The notes beneath the pieces are model-generated. The model was not told the origin of the DNA, did no database searches, and worked only from the letters and a program-made list of their open reading frames with translations. From positions 25,328,740 to 25,392,739 of the forward strand of contig NC_068990.1 of assembly GCF_001194135.2 (NCBI RefSeq): 64,000 nt of DNA. The letters run 5' to 3'. Positions 51,620-64,000 of this stretch are shown in pieces. Within the stretch, counting starts at the first letter, position 1; the number at the start of each line of letters is the position of its first letter. A program made the position numbers and the translations under genes. The stretch is from Octopus bimaculoides (taxonomy: Eukaryota).

Positions 51620-51770
51620 TACATGTGGAGCAAGGTCATTTACCTAACAGAAAGAGAGTTTTATCTTCTTTCTTACTAGCAATAACTTTGGTCTTTACTA
51701 GGTTAACTTTAAGGCCCTTTGATTCCAGGTTTTGTTTCCATACCTGGAATTTCTTCTCCAATTCTTATTT
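51620..51770 (-). mobile_element. Short RTE RT fragment
   Basis: Similar to 54500-54640 (ctaggttaactttaaggccctttgattccaggttttgtttccatacctggaa). Confidence 0.8.
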
Positions 51771-52146
51771 CTCTATTGCCAACAAGGGGCTAAACATAGA
51801 GGGGAAAAACAAGGACAGACAAATGGATTAAGTCGATTACATTGACTCCAGTGCGTAACTGGTACTTAATTTATCAACCCTGAAAGGATGAAAGGCAAAG
51901 TCGACCTCGGCGGAATTTGAACTCAGAACGTAGCGATAGATGAAATACTGCTAAGCATTTCGCCCTCAGCTGCACCATCAGACCCTGGAAATCATACCTC
52001 TGTCCTCATTGCAATCAGATATGTTGATCCCACATCAGCCTTACCAGCCATGAGTGAACATGCAGACAACGTGGACAACAGCCTTCCTAATCTTCGTCAG
52101 TGAAGCCAAGCCAATAAGGGGAATACCATAAAATTTTCCACTCTTC

Positions 52147-52239
<93 letters not shown>

Positions 52240-53332
52240 CAACTTTTGAGGGTGTCTATGCTTGACTACTTGTGATTACAGTGGCACCTTAAACAACTAG
52301 CAAAGGTGCCTATATAGTTGTGAGCAGTCATGCAGAGCTACCTTCAATAATAATAATCACAAAGACGTTTCAGACACACCTTTTGTATTTTTTTGTGTTT
52401 TTTTTTCTATATCGAAAACTACTTTGCTACATGAGTTGTTACATTTATTTTAAGACGCTAGGCTGATACACTTGATCAAGATTGCATGAGGTTAATCAGT
52501 AAATGTAACAATGATAATGATTTTAAATTTTGGCACAAGGCCAGCAATTTTTAAGGGGAGGATTAGTTGATTATATAAAGTTCAAAAAAATGGAAGACAA
52601 CGTTGATGTCAGTGGAATTTGAACTCAGAACATAAAGGATGAGAAGAAATGCTGTTATGTGTTTTGTCTTGACACGCTAACGATTCTGCCAGCTTGCTGC
52701 CTTTAATGCAGCAGTAGTGATAAGAGTAAGAGCAACAGCAGTTGGAGAAAGGAGGAGGAGGAGGAGGAGGAGGAGAATGGAAAGCAGAATAGGGAGGATG
52801 AAGAGAAGAATAGAGAGAGTGAGAAGAAGAGGAAGCCGTTGATGCTGCAGTCATATTGGTGTAAATTCTCAGATTAGGATTGAAGTCAGAGAGAAACCAC
52901 ATCAACTACATCCTGACAACAAAACAATGGTACTTTTCCTGAACAATTTCTTGTTCTGACTCGTTCAATGGAACATGGCCTGTCAAACGACATGTATACA
53001 ATTAAATAATTTGTTACTATATTTGTGAGTATGTGTGTGTGTGTGTGAAAATGATTAATTATTAGTTGAATTAAAAGTGGTGAGCTAGCAGAATCATTAG
53101 CACATCACATAAAATGCTTAGTGACATTTCTTGCCCCGGGGGTGGGGGTACATTTTGAGTTGAAAACCTATGGAGGTCAACTTTGCCTTTGATCCTTTTG
53201 GGACTCAATAAAATACAGTATCAGTCAAGTTCTGGGGTTGATATAATTGACTAATCCCCTCCCCTTAAAATTGCTAGCCTGTGCCAAAATTTGAAACATT
53301 TATTATTAATGGAAAAAAAAGATAGTCACACA

Positions 53333-53366
<34 letters not shown>

Positions 53367-53559
53367 TGTGCTCGCATACACACATTCAACCAAAAATATA
53401 GTATTAGATATATATGCATTCATGGAAAGTCACATGCAACATATTTGTGTGCAGTCGTACATGAGAAGGCCTTCTGCTGTAGATTTGATCGGATCAGGTC
53501 AGGTGTTGGGGCATGCACCCTTGCAATGCATTCCTGCATTCACCATTTGTCAGTATATT

Positions 53560-55135
53560 GCTGGGTTCTCCCGGGTGACATGTTGATGGGTCTTCTTCTC
53601 AAGCATGACATAATGCCAAAGGTCTTGGTCATTGCCTCCATGAGGCCCAACACTCAAAAGGTGCTTTTTACATGCCACTGGCATGGGTACCAGTTATGTG
53701 ACACCACCATCAGCCACGACTCCAATTTCAACTGGCTTGACAGGTCTTCTCAAGCACAGCATATCGCCAAAGGTCTCAGTCACTAGTCATTGCCTCTGTG
53801 ATGCCCAAAGTTTGAAGATCATGCTTCACTACCTCATCCCATGTCTTCCTGGATATACTTCTACCACAGGCTCCATCCACAGTTAGAGATTAGCACTTCT
53901 TTACACAGCTGTCCTCGCCCATACATGTCACATGACTATACCAGCACAGTCATCTCTCTTGCACACCACATCTGATGCCTCTTATGCCCAGCTTTTCTCT
54001 CAAGATGCTTACACTCTGTTGAACATGCACACTGACATTTCACACCCAGCAAAGCATACTGGCTTCATTTCTTTGAAGCCTACACATGTCCTCAGCTGTC
54101 ACAGTCCATGTTTCACTGCCATGCAACATAGCTGTTCGCACACAGGCATCAAACAATCTACTTTTCACTCTGAGTGAGAGACCCTTTGTTACCAACAGAG
54201 GTAGGAGCTCTCTGAACTTTGCCCAGCCTATTCTTCTGATAGCTATGCTCTCAGAGCATCCACCTCCACTAGTAACTTGGTCACCTAGGTAATGGAAGCT
54301 ATCTATTACTTCTGGCTTAACCCACTGGCAGTTGATGGAGTTTGTTCTCTGTACATTTTCGGTGTTTATTGTACCTGTGCATCTTCCACATACAAAAGTT
54401 AGTTTCCCTATTAACCTTCCTCTGATATTGTTGCACTTCTTATATCTTCCATAGCTTACTCCAGGTATGTCTTATGGAGTTTCTACCTATGCCTTTCCTA
54501 CAGATTGAGCAGGACCATCTACCTGAAAGGATTTGTGGTTTGTCTACCTTCCTACTTATTAATACTTTCGTTTTTGCTAGGTTAACTCTAAGGCTCTTCG
54601 ATTCTAGACCTTGTTTCCATACCTGGAACTTCTCTAGTTCTGGTAGTGATTCAACTATAAGAACAAGGTCATCAGTATAGAGGACCTCCCAGGGGCAACC
54701 TGTCTTAAATTCCTTTGTTATTGCCTGGAGGACTATAATAAACAAGAAGAGGCTGAGGACCGATTCTTGGTGAACGCCTACTTGTACCCTGAATTCTTCG
54801 CTGTACTCATTGCCAACCCTCACCTTACTGGTAGCATCCCTGTACATGGCTCGTACAGCTCTCACCAACCCCTCATCTATCCCTAGTTTCTGCATTGACC
54901 ACCAAATAAAGAATTGGGGGAATCCTGTTAAAGGCTTTCTCAAAGTCAACAAAAGCCAAGTACAAAGGTTTATCTTTGACTAGTTATTTCTCCTGCAGCT
55001 GCCTTACCAGAAATATAGCATCAATGGTGTTTCTCCCTAGCACAAAGCCAAACTGCATCTCATCCAGACTAACTCTCTTCCTAATTAGTTGGGCTATGAT
55101 GGTCTCTGTAACTTTCAGCACCTGATCCAACAATT
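53560..55135 (-). mobile_element. 5'-truncated RTE-clade LINE (RT domain, thumb and 3' tail), degenerate
   Basis: LDEMQFGFVLGRNTIDAIFLVRQLQEK; VGVHQESVLSLFLFIIVL...VLYTDDLVLI...GLESKSLRVNLAKTKV; GWAKFRELLPLL...AMLHGSETW. Confidence 0.93.
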
Positions 55136-55391
55136 TGATTTTTTTTTTATTAAAGCTGCAAAAACATCTCAAAAAATTGTTACTCAGAATTTTAAGTTCC
55201 CATTTGTTGGACAGGTGGAATAAAATTTTGTTTCAGTCATGATCGCCACTGTTCGACGAATGGGAATGTGAAATTCTGAATAACAGTTTTTGTGCTGTTT
55301 CTGCAGCTTTAATAAAAAAAAGAATATTACTCTCCCTTTAGTATTCAAGTACTATTTTTCCCACCTTGTCTTGCATTTATGTACTTACTCA

Positions 55392-55434
<43 letters not shown>

Positions 55435-56879
55435 CGTTTGTCTTTTACTTGTTTCAGTCATTAGACTGCAGCTATGCTGGGGCACTGCCTTGAAGAATTT
55501 TTAGTTGAATGTATCAACCCGAGTACTTATTTTTTAAAAGCTTGGTACTTATTCTATTTGCTGAATTGCTAAGTTACAGGGACATAAACACACCAGTTCT
55601 GGTTGTCAAGTGGGGTGGAGAGACAAACACAGACACACATACATATATACAATGCGTGTCTTTCAGTTTCCATCTACCAAATCCACTGACAAGGCTTTGG
55701 TTGGACCAAGGCTATAATAGAAGACACTTGCCCAAGGTGCTACCCGCTGGGATTGAACCCTGAACCATGTGGTTGGGAAGCAAGCTTCTTACCACACAGC
55801 CATATATATATAGTTTGTGCGTGTGCAATCCTTTATGTTCAGTAATATAGTGATTCTACAAACAGTGACTACAAGACTAAAGTGATTATTGAGAGTATAA
55901 TGAGGTGACTGAAACCTAATAAATGAATAAAGAATAAACTAGTTTGGAGAAGTAAATGAAATATAAAGGGTGAGATATAGGGTTTAATTCAGCCCCCACC
56001 CTCTGCTCACTCTCAAACACATACCAAAAGAATGGGAGCAGGTTGTGGAAAGAAGGGGGAAAAATGTTAAAGTTAATTGTGTTGACAGATGTTATCAACA
56101 TTCCCTGAATAAAAGGCATTTTGAAAATAATCTAATCATTGAGTGTTAATAAATATAATTACTCCCCCCCCTTCACTACTCTCCTGCTGTTGTCATCATT
56201 GTGGATTTCTATTCCATGAATAGAAGACATTTTGGAAGTAATCTAATCATTAGGTGTAAATTGTCTCCCCTGACTACTCAGATGCTGTAATTGTTGTTCT
56301 GAACTTTCTCAAACCAAGACATTGTCCAGGCCAATTCATTCATTTTTATCTTGCCATCTTATGTATGCTAGTTTTCATATAACTGTGGAAAACCAGATTT
56401 GCTTGAAACCTTTGGTGACCTTCTCTGCACAGGTTCATTGGTAGTTCTTCAGCAATGGTGACCAGTCTTTTCTTTGTTATGTGCCATCCTCGATGCGCTT
56501 TATCTTTTTTTTTGTCTCACTCAAAAAATTTGCAGCTAAGATGATGGAGATATCTCCATCATTCTATATCCTTCGGGACTATCACAAACTCCTTTGGTCG
56601 GGTTCTGTATAATCCATCTGTCTATCCATGCATGCATACATCCTTCTGTCTTTCCACCTAGCCAGCTATTATCCATATCTTTTTATGAACCAGTGAGGAA
56701 GCCTCAACATAGACAACTTGTCAGAAATAGAAGCTAAATCACCCTCAGATCACATCCTGCCATTTTAACAAAGAAGCAGAACACTGACTAATGTGGTTCT
56801 TCATAAACAGTTTCTGATCAAATAGTACAATGGTTATGCCATGGTCAAGGCACCTTTTCATTATAGGTCTGCTTGACCC

Positions 56880-56914
<35 letters not shown>

Positions 56915-57044
56915 TATGATGGCACTCAGAGAGCACAAACCTCTGCCAAGGCAATGCCAATGTCCTCTCAACAATTAACCAGAGATGATTTTTAAAAATG
57001 AGAATATCTGAAATAAACTTGACTGCTCTCACGAATGAGAATTC

Positions 57045-57290
57045 TAAAAATGGACCCAACTACTCTCAAAAATTAAGTAAAAAATACAGGAAAAATAATC
57101 CAGAACCCTTGTCTGGTACTGGATCAATCCCAAACTCTAATCAGTTCATGCCAGACATGAGGCCAAACATCCCTGAAAGTTTCATCCAAACCCATTGAGC
57201 GGTTCTTGAGATATCTTGTCCACGGTCAAACAGACAAACAAACATGACTGAAAACAATACCTCCACCTTCGCTAAGGTGGAGGTAATAAT
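57045..57290 (+). mobile_element. Non-autonomous Helentron/DINE-1-like element, 3' part
   Basis: The run gttcttgagatatc...caaacagacaaacaaacatgactgaaaacaa leads to a terminal stem-loop tacctccacctt-cgct-aaggtggaggta followed by ataa. The architecture matches HINE/DINE-like elements; the left boundary is uncertain. Confidence 0.6.
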
Positions 57291-57509
57291 AATGGTTTCA
57301 AACTTAGGTAAAGGCCTGTAATTCCAGGGATGGGGTTAAGTTGATTACATCAACCTCCAATACTCAACTGGTACTTATTTTATTAACTCTGAAAAGATGA
57401 AAGGCAGACAACCTCAGCAAAATTCAAACTCAGACCATAAAAACAGACAAAATACCCCTAAGCATTTTGTCCAGTGTGCTAACAATTCTGCCAGCTCAAG
57501 ACCTTAATA

Positions 57510-57865
57510 ATAATAGTCAATACCAACAGATGACAACATTTCTCTATAAGAAATGGAGAAACTTTCAAAATACAAAGACCTAGAAATAGAGGTAACACAA
57601 ATGTGGAGTCTAAAAACAGAAACAATTCCTATCATAATAGGTGCCTTAGGTATGATAAAAAAATATTCAGACAAATGCATAACAAAAACACCAGGACTAA
57701 CAAATATATATAACATAGCACTACTAGGCACCACACATATTCTATGTAAAACACTTTCAGTATAGTAACAATAAGAGTGTCACAACAAACCATAGTACAT
57801 ACCCAAGGCACACAGAGCTGCGCTCAGTGGTGCAGTGAAAGCACCGGAGAAAGATAAGATTACTG
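57510..57865 (+). mobile_element. R4/Dong subfamily B, short 3' fragment
   Basis: EKLSKYKDLEIEVTQMWSLKTETIPIIIGALG...ILCKTLSV* with the same 3' UTR as 47290-47390; (TAA)n on both sides. Confidence 0.9.
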
Positions 57866-60601
57866 AATAATAATAATAATTGTTTCAAATTCTGGTACAA
57901 AGTTAGTAGTATTGAGGAGAGGGACTTAGTCAATATCATTGACAGCGATACTTTATTTTATCTATTGCTTTATTTTATCGACTCCTGGTGGACAACTGGC
58001 AGGATTTGAACTCAGAATCTAAAGAGCTAGAAGAAATACAACAAAGCAATTTTCCAACATGGAGTTCTCAGTCATTTCTATATTAATTTCACAAGCAGGC
58101 TGTTGTATTGATCTTTGTATTGACTGATAGATTGCCAGTAGTGTGTGTGTGTGTATGTGTGTCTGTGCGCGCGCGCGTGTGTGTGTGTGTGTGTATGCAT
58201 ACACATAGAGAGCAATTAGTTGTTCCAATTTGCATAGATAATGATTTGTTAATTAGCATTGTACCAAAAAGTGGGCACGAATAATTTTACCTGTGTATAA
58301 GATAAACCATAGGCAGAAGGGCTACAAGAGATTTTGCAAACAAAATCTGAGGTATATTTGTTCAAGAAAATTATCCAAAGTTAATTTAACTAAATTTTTT
58401 TGAAATTTGCTTTTTTAATTTATTTTGCAAGAACATCAATCTGAAACTGGATGTTGAAACTAATATTGCTATACTAAAAGTGATAAGTGATAAATCCTAT
58501 AAACACACTCACTGGTTGTTGTTTGCCTACATCTCACCTTTTTCTAAATGGTTATGTTTTTTAATGTCTTGAAAATATCTTTCACTACACCAACATGTAA
58601 CGTTCTCAATGGACATCTTTTATTTGTTTCAGTCATTAGACTGCGGCCATGCTGGAGCACCACCTTGAAAAGTTTTTAGTTGAACGAATCAATCCCAGTA
58701 CTTTTTTTTTTAAAGCCTGGTACTTATTCTATCCATCTCTTTTGTTGAACCATTAAGTTACAGGGACTAAACAAACCACCTCTAGTTGTCAAGCAGTGGA
58801 CGGGGACACAGGCTCAAAAGGCACACATACACATATATATACATATATACAATGGACTTCTTTCAGTTTCCATCTACCAAATCCACTGATAAGGCTTTAG
58901 TCAGCCCCAGGCTATAGTGGAGACACTTGCCGAAGATGCCAAGCCGTGAGACTGAACCTGGAACCATGTGGTTGGGAAGCAAACTTCTTACCACACAACC
59001 ATGCCTGTGCCTATACATATTTTGGTTTTTTTCATTTAAATGCTTTGTCTTCAGTTTACCGCTGATTCTTTGCCTTTGTTAAATCACCATGGTAGCAAAA
59101 CTGTGAGCTGATGATAGTATTTTTGTTCACTTAAATATTTATAAAAAGATCCCAAAGAATTATTGATTTACCAAATTAAGTTGCATTAGTAAAAGAGTGG
59201 GAACTATTGATTCAGATCAGTGGCTCTCAACTGGGGTTCATATGACCCTTAGGGGTCCACAAGTAAGATTTTGTCGTTAAAATTTATTTGCAATAAACTG
59301 GTTATACTTCTACAATACACAAAATATTTTAACAATTTTTTTAATACAATTCCTAATAATATAACTGTCATCATCATCATCGTCATCATCATCATCGTCA
59401 TCATCATCATCGTCATCATCATCATCGTCATCATCATCATCATCCGCTAACATTTGTTTTTCCCCCCTGGCATGTGTTGGACGGTTTGATCAGTGCTGGC
59501 AAGCTCCACCAGGTTCCAGTGTGATTTAGTTTGGTTTGCTATGGCTAGATGCCCTTCCTAATGCCAGTCACTTTACAGTGTGTGCTAGGTGCTTTTAATG
59601 TGACACCAGCACAAGCACTTTTATGTGGCACCAACATGAGTGCTTTTTATGTGGTACTGGCACATGACTCTTGTAGACCAATCCTCTTCACCAGGAGATG
59701 CAGCCTTAATATTTCTGCTGCGAAGGTCGGGTCATCTCAAGTACAGCAAAGCACCAGTTATCTTGGTCCTTTGTCAGCTCATCTGAAAGGTTGAGTGTCC
59801 AGAGGTCATCTTTATAATAGGATTTTCTTAAACATCAAACAGCTATGGGGGACCAATAGAGTCAAATTGGAATCAAAGGAGCTCTATAGGCAAAAAAAAA
59901 AAAAAGAACGATTGAGACCTATTAATTTAGATGTAAGACAGTAGGGCAATATTTTAAAGGCAGTGCAGCTGCTATTCCTAGCAGGTCTAGCCATCACTTA
60001 GAGATCCCCCACTTTGGTACAAAACACACAGGGTTTTTCTTTTTGAAGCAATCCTCACTCACAAACTTCAAACATGGAATAAATATGTTGTTGAATGTTG
60101 TCACTTCTAGAAAAGGAAACATCATTAAATTCTATTTGATAAATCTGTAAATATTTCGAATTTTACAAATAATAGGAAAGGCAAAGTGTACTGATGAGAT
60201 TAAAACAGAAACATATATAAGCAATTGGATCACTATAGCTGTTGTTGTTGTTACTATTAAGGCTGTGAACTGGCAGAATCAATATGGCAATCCTGAAGTC
60301 AATTCCTGCTGAGGACAACTTTGCCTTTTGTAATTCTTGGTTGATAAAATAAAGTAGCAGTCAAGTACAGAGCTCAATGGGTTGAACTGACTACCTTTTC
60401 TCAAAATTGGTGGCCTTAGCTTAAATCATCATCATCATCATTATTATTATTATTGCTATGAAATACATTCAGCCTGATTCTTTCCCCCCACAGAAAAAAT
60501 AAGACGAACCAATCACAATGATGTAAAGAAAAATACTTCAGTTAGTATTACACATGCTGATATAAATATACATCAACATACAGACAGACACAGACTCATA
60601 C

Positions 60602-60639
<38 letters not shown>

Positions 60640-61796
60640 TGCAAACATACACTATACAAATACATATAGTAATACATACACCCATACAATGACATAATAC
60701 ACACACGCATGCATGCACATGCACACACATATACATACAGACACTCATACATATATATACATGCATACACACAGACAAACATACACACATGCATACATAC
60801 ATGCATGCCTACATACAGACATCATACATATTTAGGATTCTTGATTGGACTATGAAGGTAATCCGTTTCATTCATTTCAAAATGTGTACAGTTTAACTTC
60901 AAGTGTAAACTTTCACAGAAGTAGTGACATTGACAGATTTTATCGCCTCAGAGGAAATGATGGGGATGAAGGATTATGCTTAAGCCAAAAATACTTATAT
61001 AACATCTAAAATAAATGTTCTGACACCAAAATTAAGCAGTGTTCTCCAGAAATTGCATTGAAATATTTATGATAACAGTTTAGCCAACATTTCTGTTTGT
61101 CATGAAATAAAGATTGAGCATTTTTAGTTTCATATTCACCAATTTTTCATTCAAAGAATTATTGATTTTTTTAGTATAAGCAAATGGCCACATATTTTGC
61201 TGGAGGGTTTATTTCATTAAGCCAATTTGAATATTTGATTGGTAAGTATTTTATTGACTCCCTGAAGGATGATGTGCAAGGTTCAAATCTCACTGGAATC
61301 TAGAATATAATAGGGTAAGATGAAATTCTACAAGATATTTTGTTGTTTACTGCAGTAAATTCTGCTAATCACCACATTTTGTGTATTAAGAATTCTTGTA
61401 AATCCGTCTAAGGCATTTCATGACTTGTGAGAATATAACAAAATACAGAATGTTGTACATCTCTATTGAGTGATATCTATATTTTGTATTAAATACATAG
61501 AATAAAAAAATTATTAAAAGCTCATACACAGTTCCACTGTGTGAAAACTTGGGCAAGCGTCTTCTTTAGCCTCTGACTGGAAATTTAACTTTTGTCTGGT
61601 GTTCCTTAAACCATTGTGCCTATATTGACCAAAAATTATTTCTGTAGATGCTAATTTAAGCAATAAATTTAATAAAAATCCATTTTTGACAAGGAATGCC
61701 AGTAATTGTGCTCATGAATGTAAATGGTCTAGATTTAATTTATTGTGCTTATTCACCAAAATAATAAACATTTAGCACATGCATGCATACATGCTT

Positions 61797-61854
<58 letters not shown>

Positions 61855-61924
61855 TCATTAAATTGGTGTTTATTGAGGGATAGAATTGTAGCAGTGAACA
61901 TGGCAGAATGTCAGAACAAACACT

Positions 61925-62152
61925 TTGACTCTTTAGCATTTAAAGCAGCCATATCCAGCCGAAATATACTATCTGTTTTTAAGTTCAAACTGACCACATC
62001 TGGCCTCTCACAACTACCCTACAATGTCATCTAAAAATAAACAATCACATCATTGAAATCTGGAAGCTATGTGATAATATATGATTAATTCAAAACAATG
62101 TGAATAAATAAGTATTACATTTGACAAGATAATCTGAATGCTAAAGGGTTGA
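61925..62152. mobile_element. piggyBac-like MITE family P1 with TTGA flanks
   Basis: ttga-ctctttagcatt ... aatgctaaaggg-ttga; homologous to 16075-16302 in reverse. Confidence 0.75.
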
Positions 62153-62250
62153 ATATGTTGTCTACATTCTGAATTCAAATCCCAGCCTGAGTTCACTGCT
62201 ATCCATGGATAGCAGTAAAACAAGCACCATGCACAAGCTGACAATGGGGT

Positions 62251-62308
62251 TATGCTTATACAGTGCAAATATTGCTATAGATAGCAATATTTGCACTGTA
62301 TAAGCATA
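62251..62308. repeat. Perfect hairpin: 28-bp arms with a 2-nt loop
   Basis: tatgcttatacagtgcaaatattgctat-ag-atagcaatatttgcactgtataagcata. Confidence 0.97.
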
Positions 62309-62593
62309 CATGCTACCAGAGAAAAGAAATTAAATCTGGGGAAATCATGTAATAGCTTTACATTTGGCATTAGATCAGAAGTTAATAGCATGAGTAATTG
62401 AGAATATGTGGCACTAATGCCTTTTTCGAGTCAAAACTGAGGTATGTCTTCTCTTTGTATAGATCTCACTGATTTCTTGCAGTCCAGTGCTGTTAATAGA
62501 ATAGAATAAAAAGGGTTAGTGATAATGAAGGAGCCCTCATGTGGTTTCTTCACCAGCTAGGAAAGATCTCCCTCAAGTCACACTGTACTGTCT

Positions 62594-62820
62594 TTAACCC
62601 TTTCATTACTGTATTTATTTTGAGATGCTTTGTGTTTCTTTCAATTCATTTTAAATATAACAAAGAATTTAGTAAAATAACTTAGTTATCATTAAGCTAG
62701 TGTTAGGAACATAAATTGTGACTAAGGTTTGGTGGAAGATTTTAATCCAAAACTTATGAAAACAAGACATTTGTACAGAGCCAGAGGCAGTTTCAACTGG
62801 TTTGGAATCGAAAGGGTTAA
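62594..62820 (+). mobile_element. piggyBac-like MITE, family P2
   Basis: TTAA-CCCTTTC ... GAAAGGG-TTAA; highly similar to 15209-15432. Confidence 0.85.
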
Positions 62821-64000
62821 AGAAGGTTATATGTGATAGAATAACATATCTGATACTTCAAGAAAGATGGGATGGTCATTGTTGGAACACATTTGATCAT
62901 AGGTATTCTCAGCAGGTCCTACCTGGAGCTAAAACTACCACTACTACTGTAACCATAACAAAATGGTTACAGTTTAAGTCCTTTCAGAAATCATTAACAT
63001 TGTCAGGCCAATGCTCAATTCTAAGCAGATGAGAGATGAATGTCCACTTGGATGGGATGTTAGTCTATTACAAATGATACTTTCCACAATTTCTACTTTG
63101 ACTACATCTACTCCACTTAGTTCAAATAAATGAACTAAAAGAATGTAGAAGCACCATTTGAATATGCAGTGAAAACAAAGTTGCTCAAGGTGGATTAGAA
63201 CACATAGCTAATAGTACTGTAGCTTGTCCAGGTGGCCCCTTTTGCCTCTCAATCTCGGCTTGTGTGCTGCTTATCTCTTCTCATTATATAATAAACGACA
63301 AAGAATAATTTCCCAAAAGTATCATATAATTTGATAAGATCTGTGTGCGTATATATATGTATGTATGTGTGTATACACACACATACACATACTCACATAC
63401 ATGCATATGTAAATATATGCATACATAAGCATGCATACATAAATACACAAACATACATACATATACACACATGCATGCATGCATGCATACAGATACACAC
63501 ACATATATCTACATGCTTGCAGGCATAAATATACGAGCATACATAGATATACACAGGCATGTGTATACACACATGCGTACATACAAGCGTACGTATTATA
63601 CATGGATACATGTAAACATACATATATACATAAATGCAAACATATATAGATGCGTACACACGTGTGTGTGTGTATGGGTATGTGTGAATGGAGAGATATC
63701 TTGAATATTCTTAAGGATGATCTTATCAGAATAATGGACGACACCTAATCTGAGTAACTGGTATGCTTAGTCACAGATACATGCATGCCTATATATATAT
63801 ATACACACACATATGAAAATACAAACATATATACATACATGGATATATACATACATGTGTGCTAAACTATATAATTATGTGTGCTTTCCTTGGAATATAT
63901 CTTACATGTGAACTGAATATATGCATATATATGTGTATGTATACATACATGTGTGTGTTTGAATATACACATGTATGTAGGTATGTATATATATATATAT

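Noticed and set aside
60191-60213. Hammerhead motif ctgatgag...gaaac
   Set aside because: No stem II can form (no G-C closing pair) and there is no stem I/III complementarity.

Overview
Eukaryotic, AT-rich, very repeat-dense genomic DNA from a short-read assembly. It has seven N-gaps; several abut (TA)n tracts and one sits inside a satellite. The SINE/LINE families and dense CA/TA microsatellites look like coleoid cephalopod DNA, probably Octopus; this is recognition from memory, not a search. I recognise no complete host gene, rRNA, true tRNA or CRISPR array. The window reads as intronic or intergenic. It holds tRNA-derived SINEs, RTE, CR1 and R4/Dong LINE fragments, a decayed Tc1/mariner transposase, piggyBac-like and hAT-like MITEs, and a Helentron-like element. 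A few candidate plus-strand micro-exons may indicate a long-intron host gene. Most provided ORFs are microsatellite or N-gap artefacts. The best leads are: (1) a stop-free, stand-alone Ty3/Gypsy Gag capsid ORF with no zinc knuckle, pol or recognisable LTR (10019-10561); (2) a minimal Penelope-type hammerhead-like motif (6242-6277); (3) a CpG-rich composite 19-bp/9-bp higher-order satellite (29944-31226); (4) many fold-back structures that could form dsRNA. None is proven to be a new biological system.
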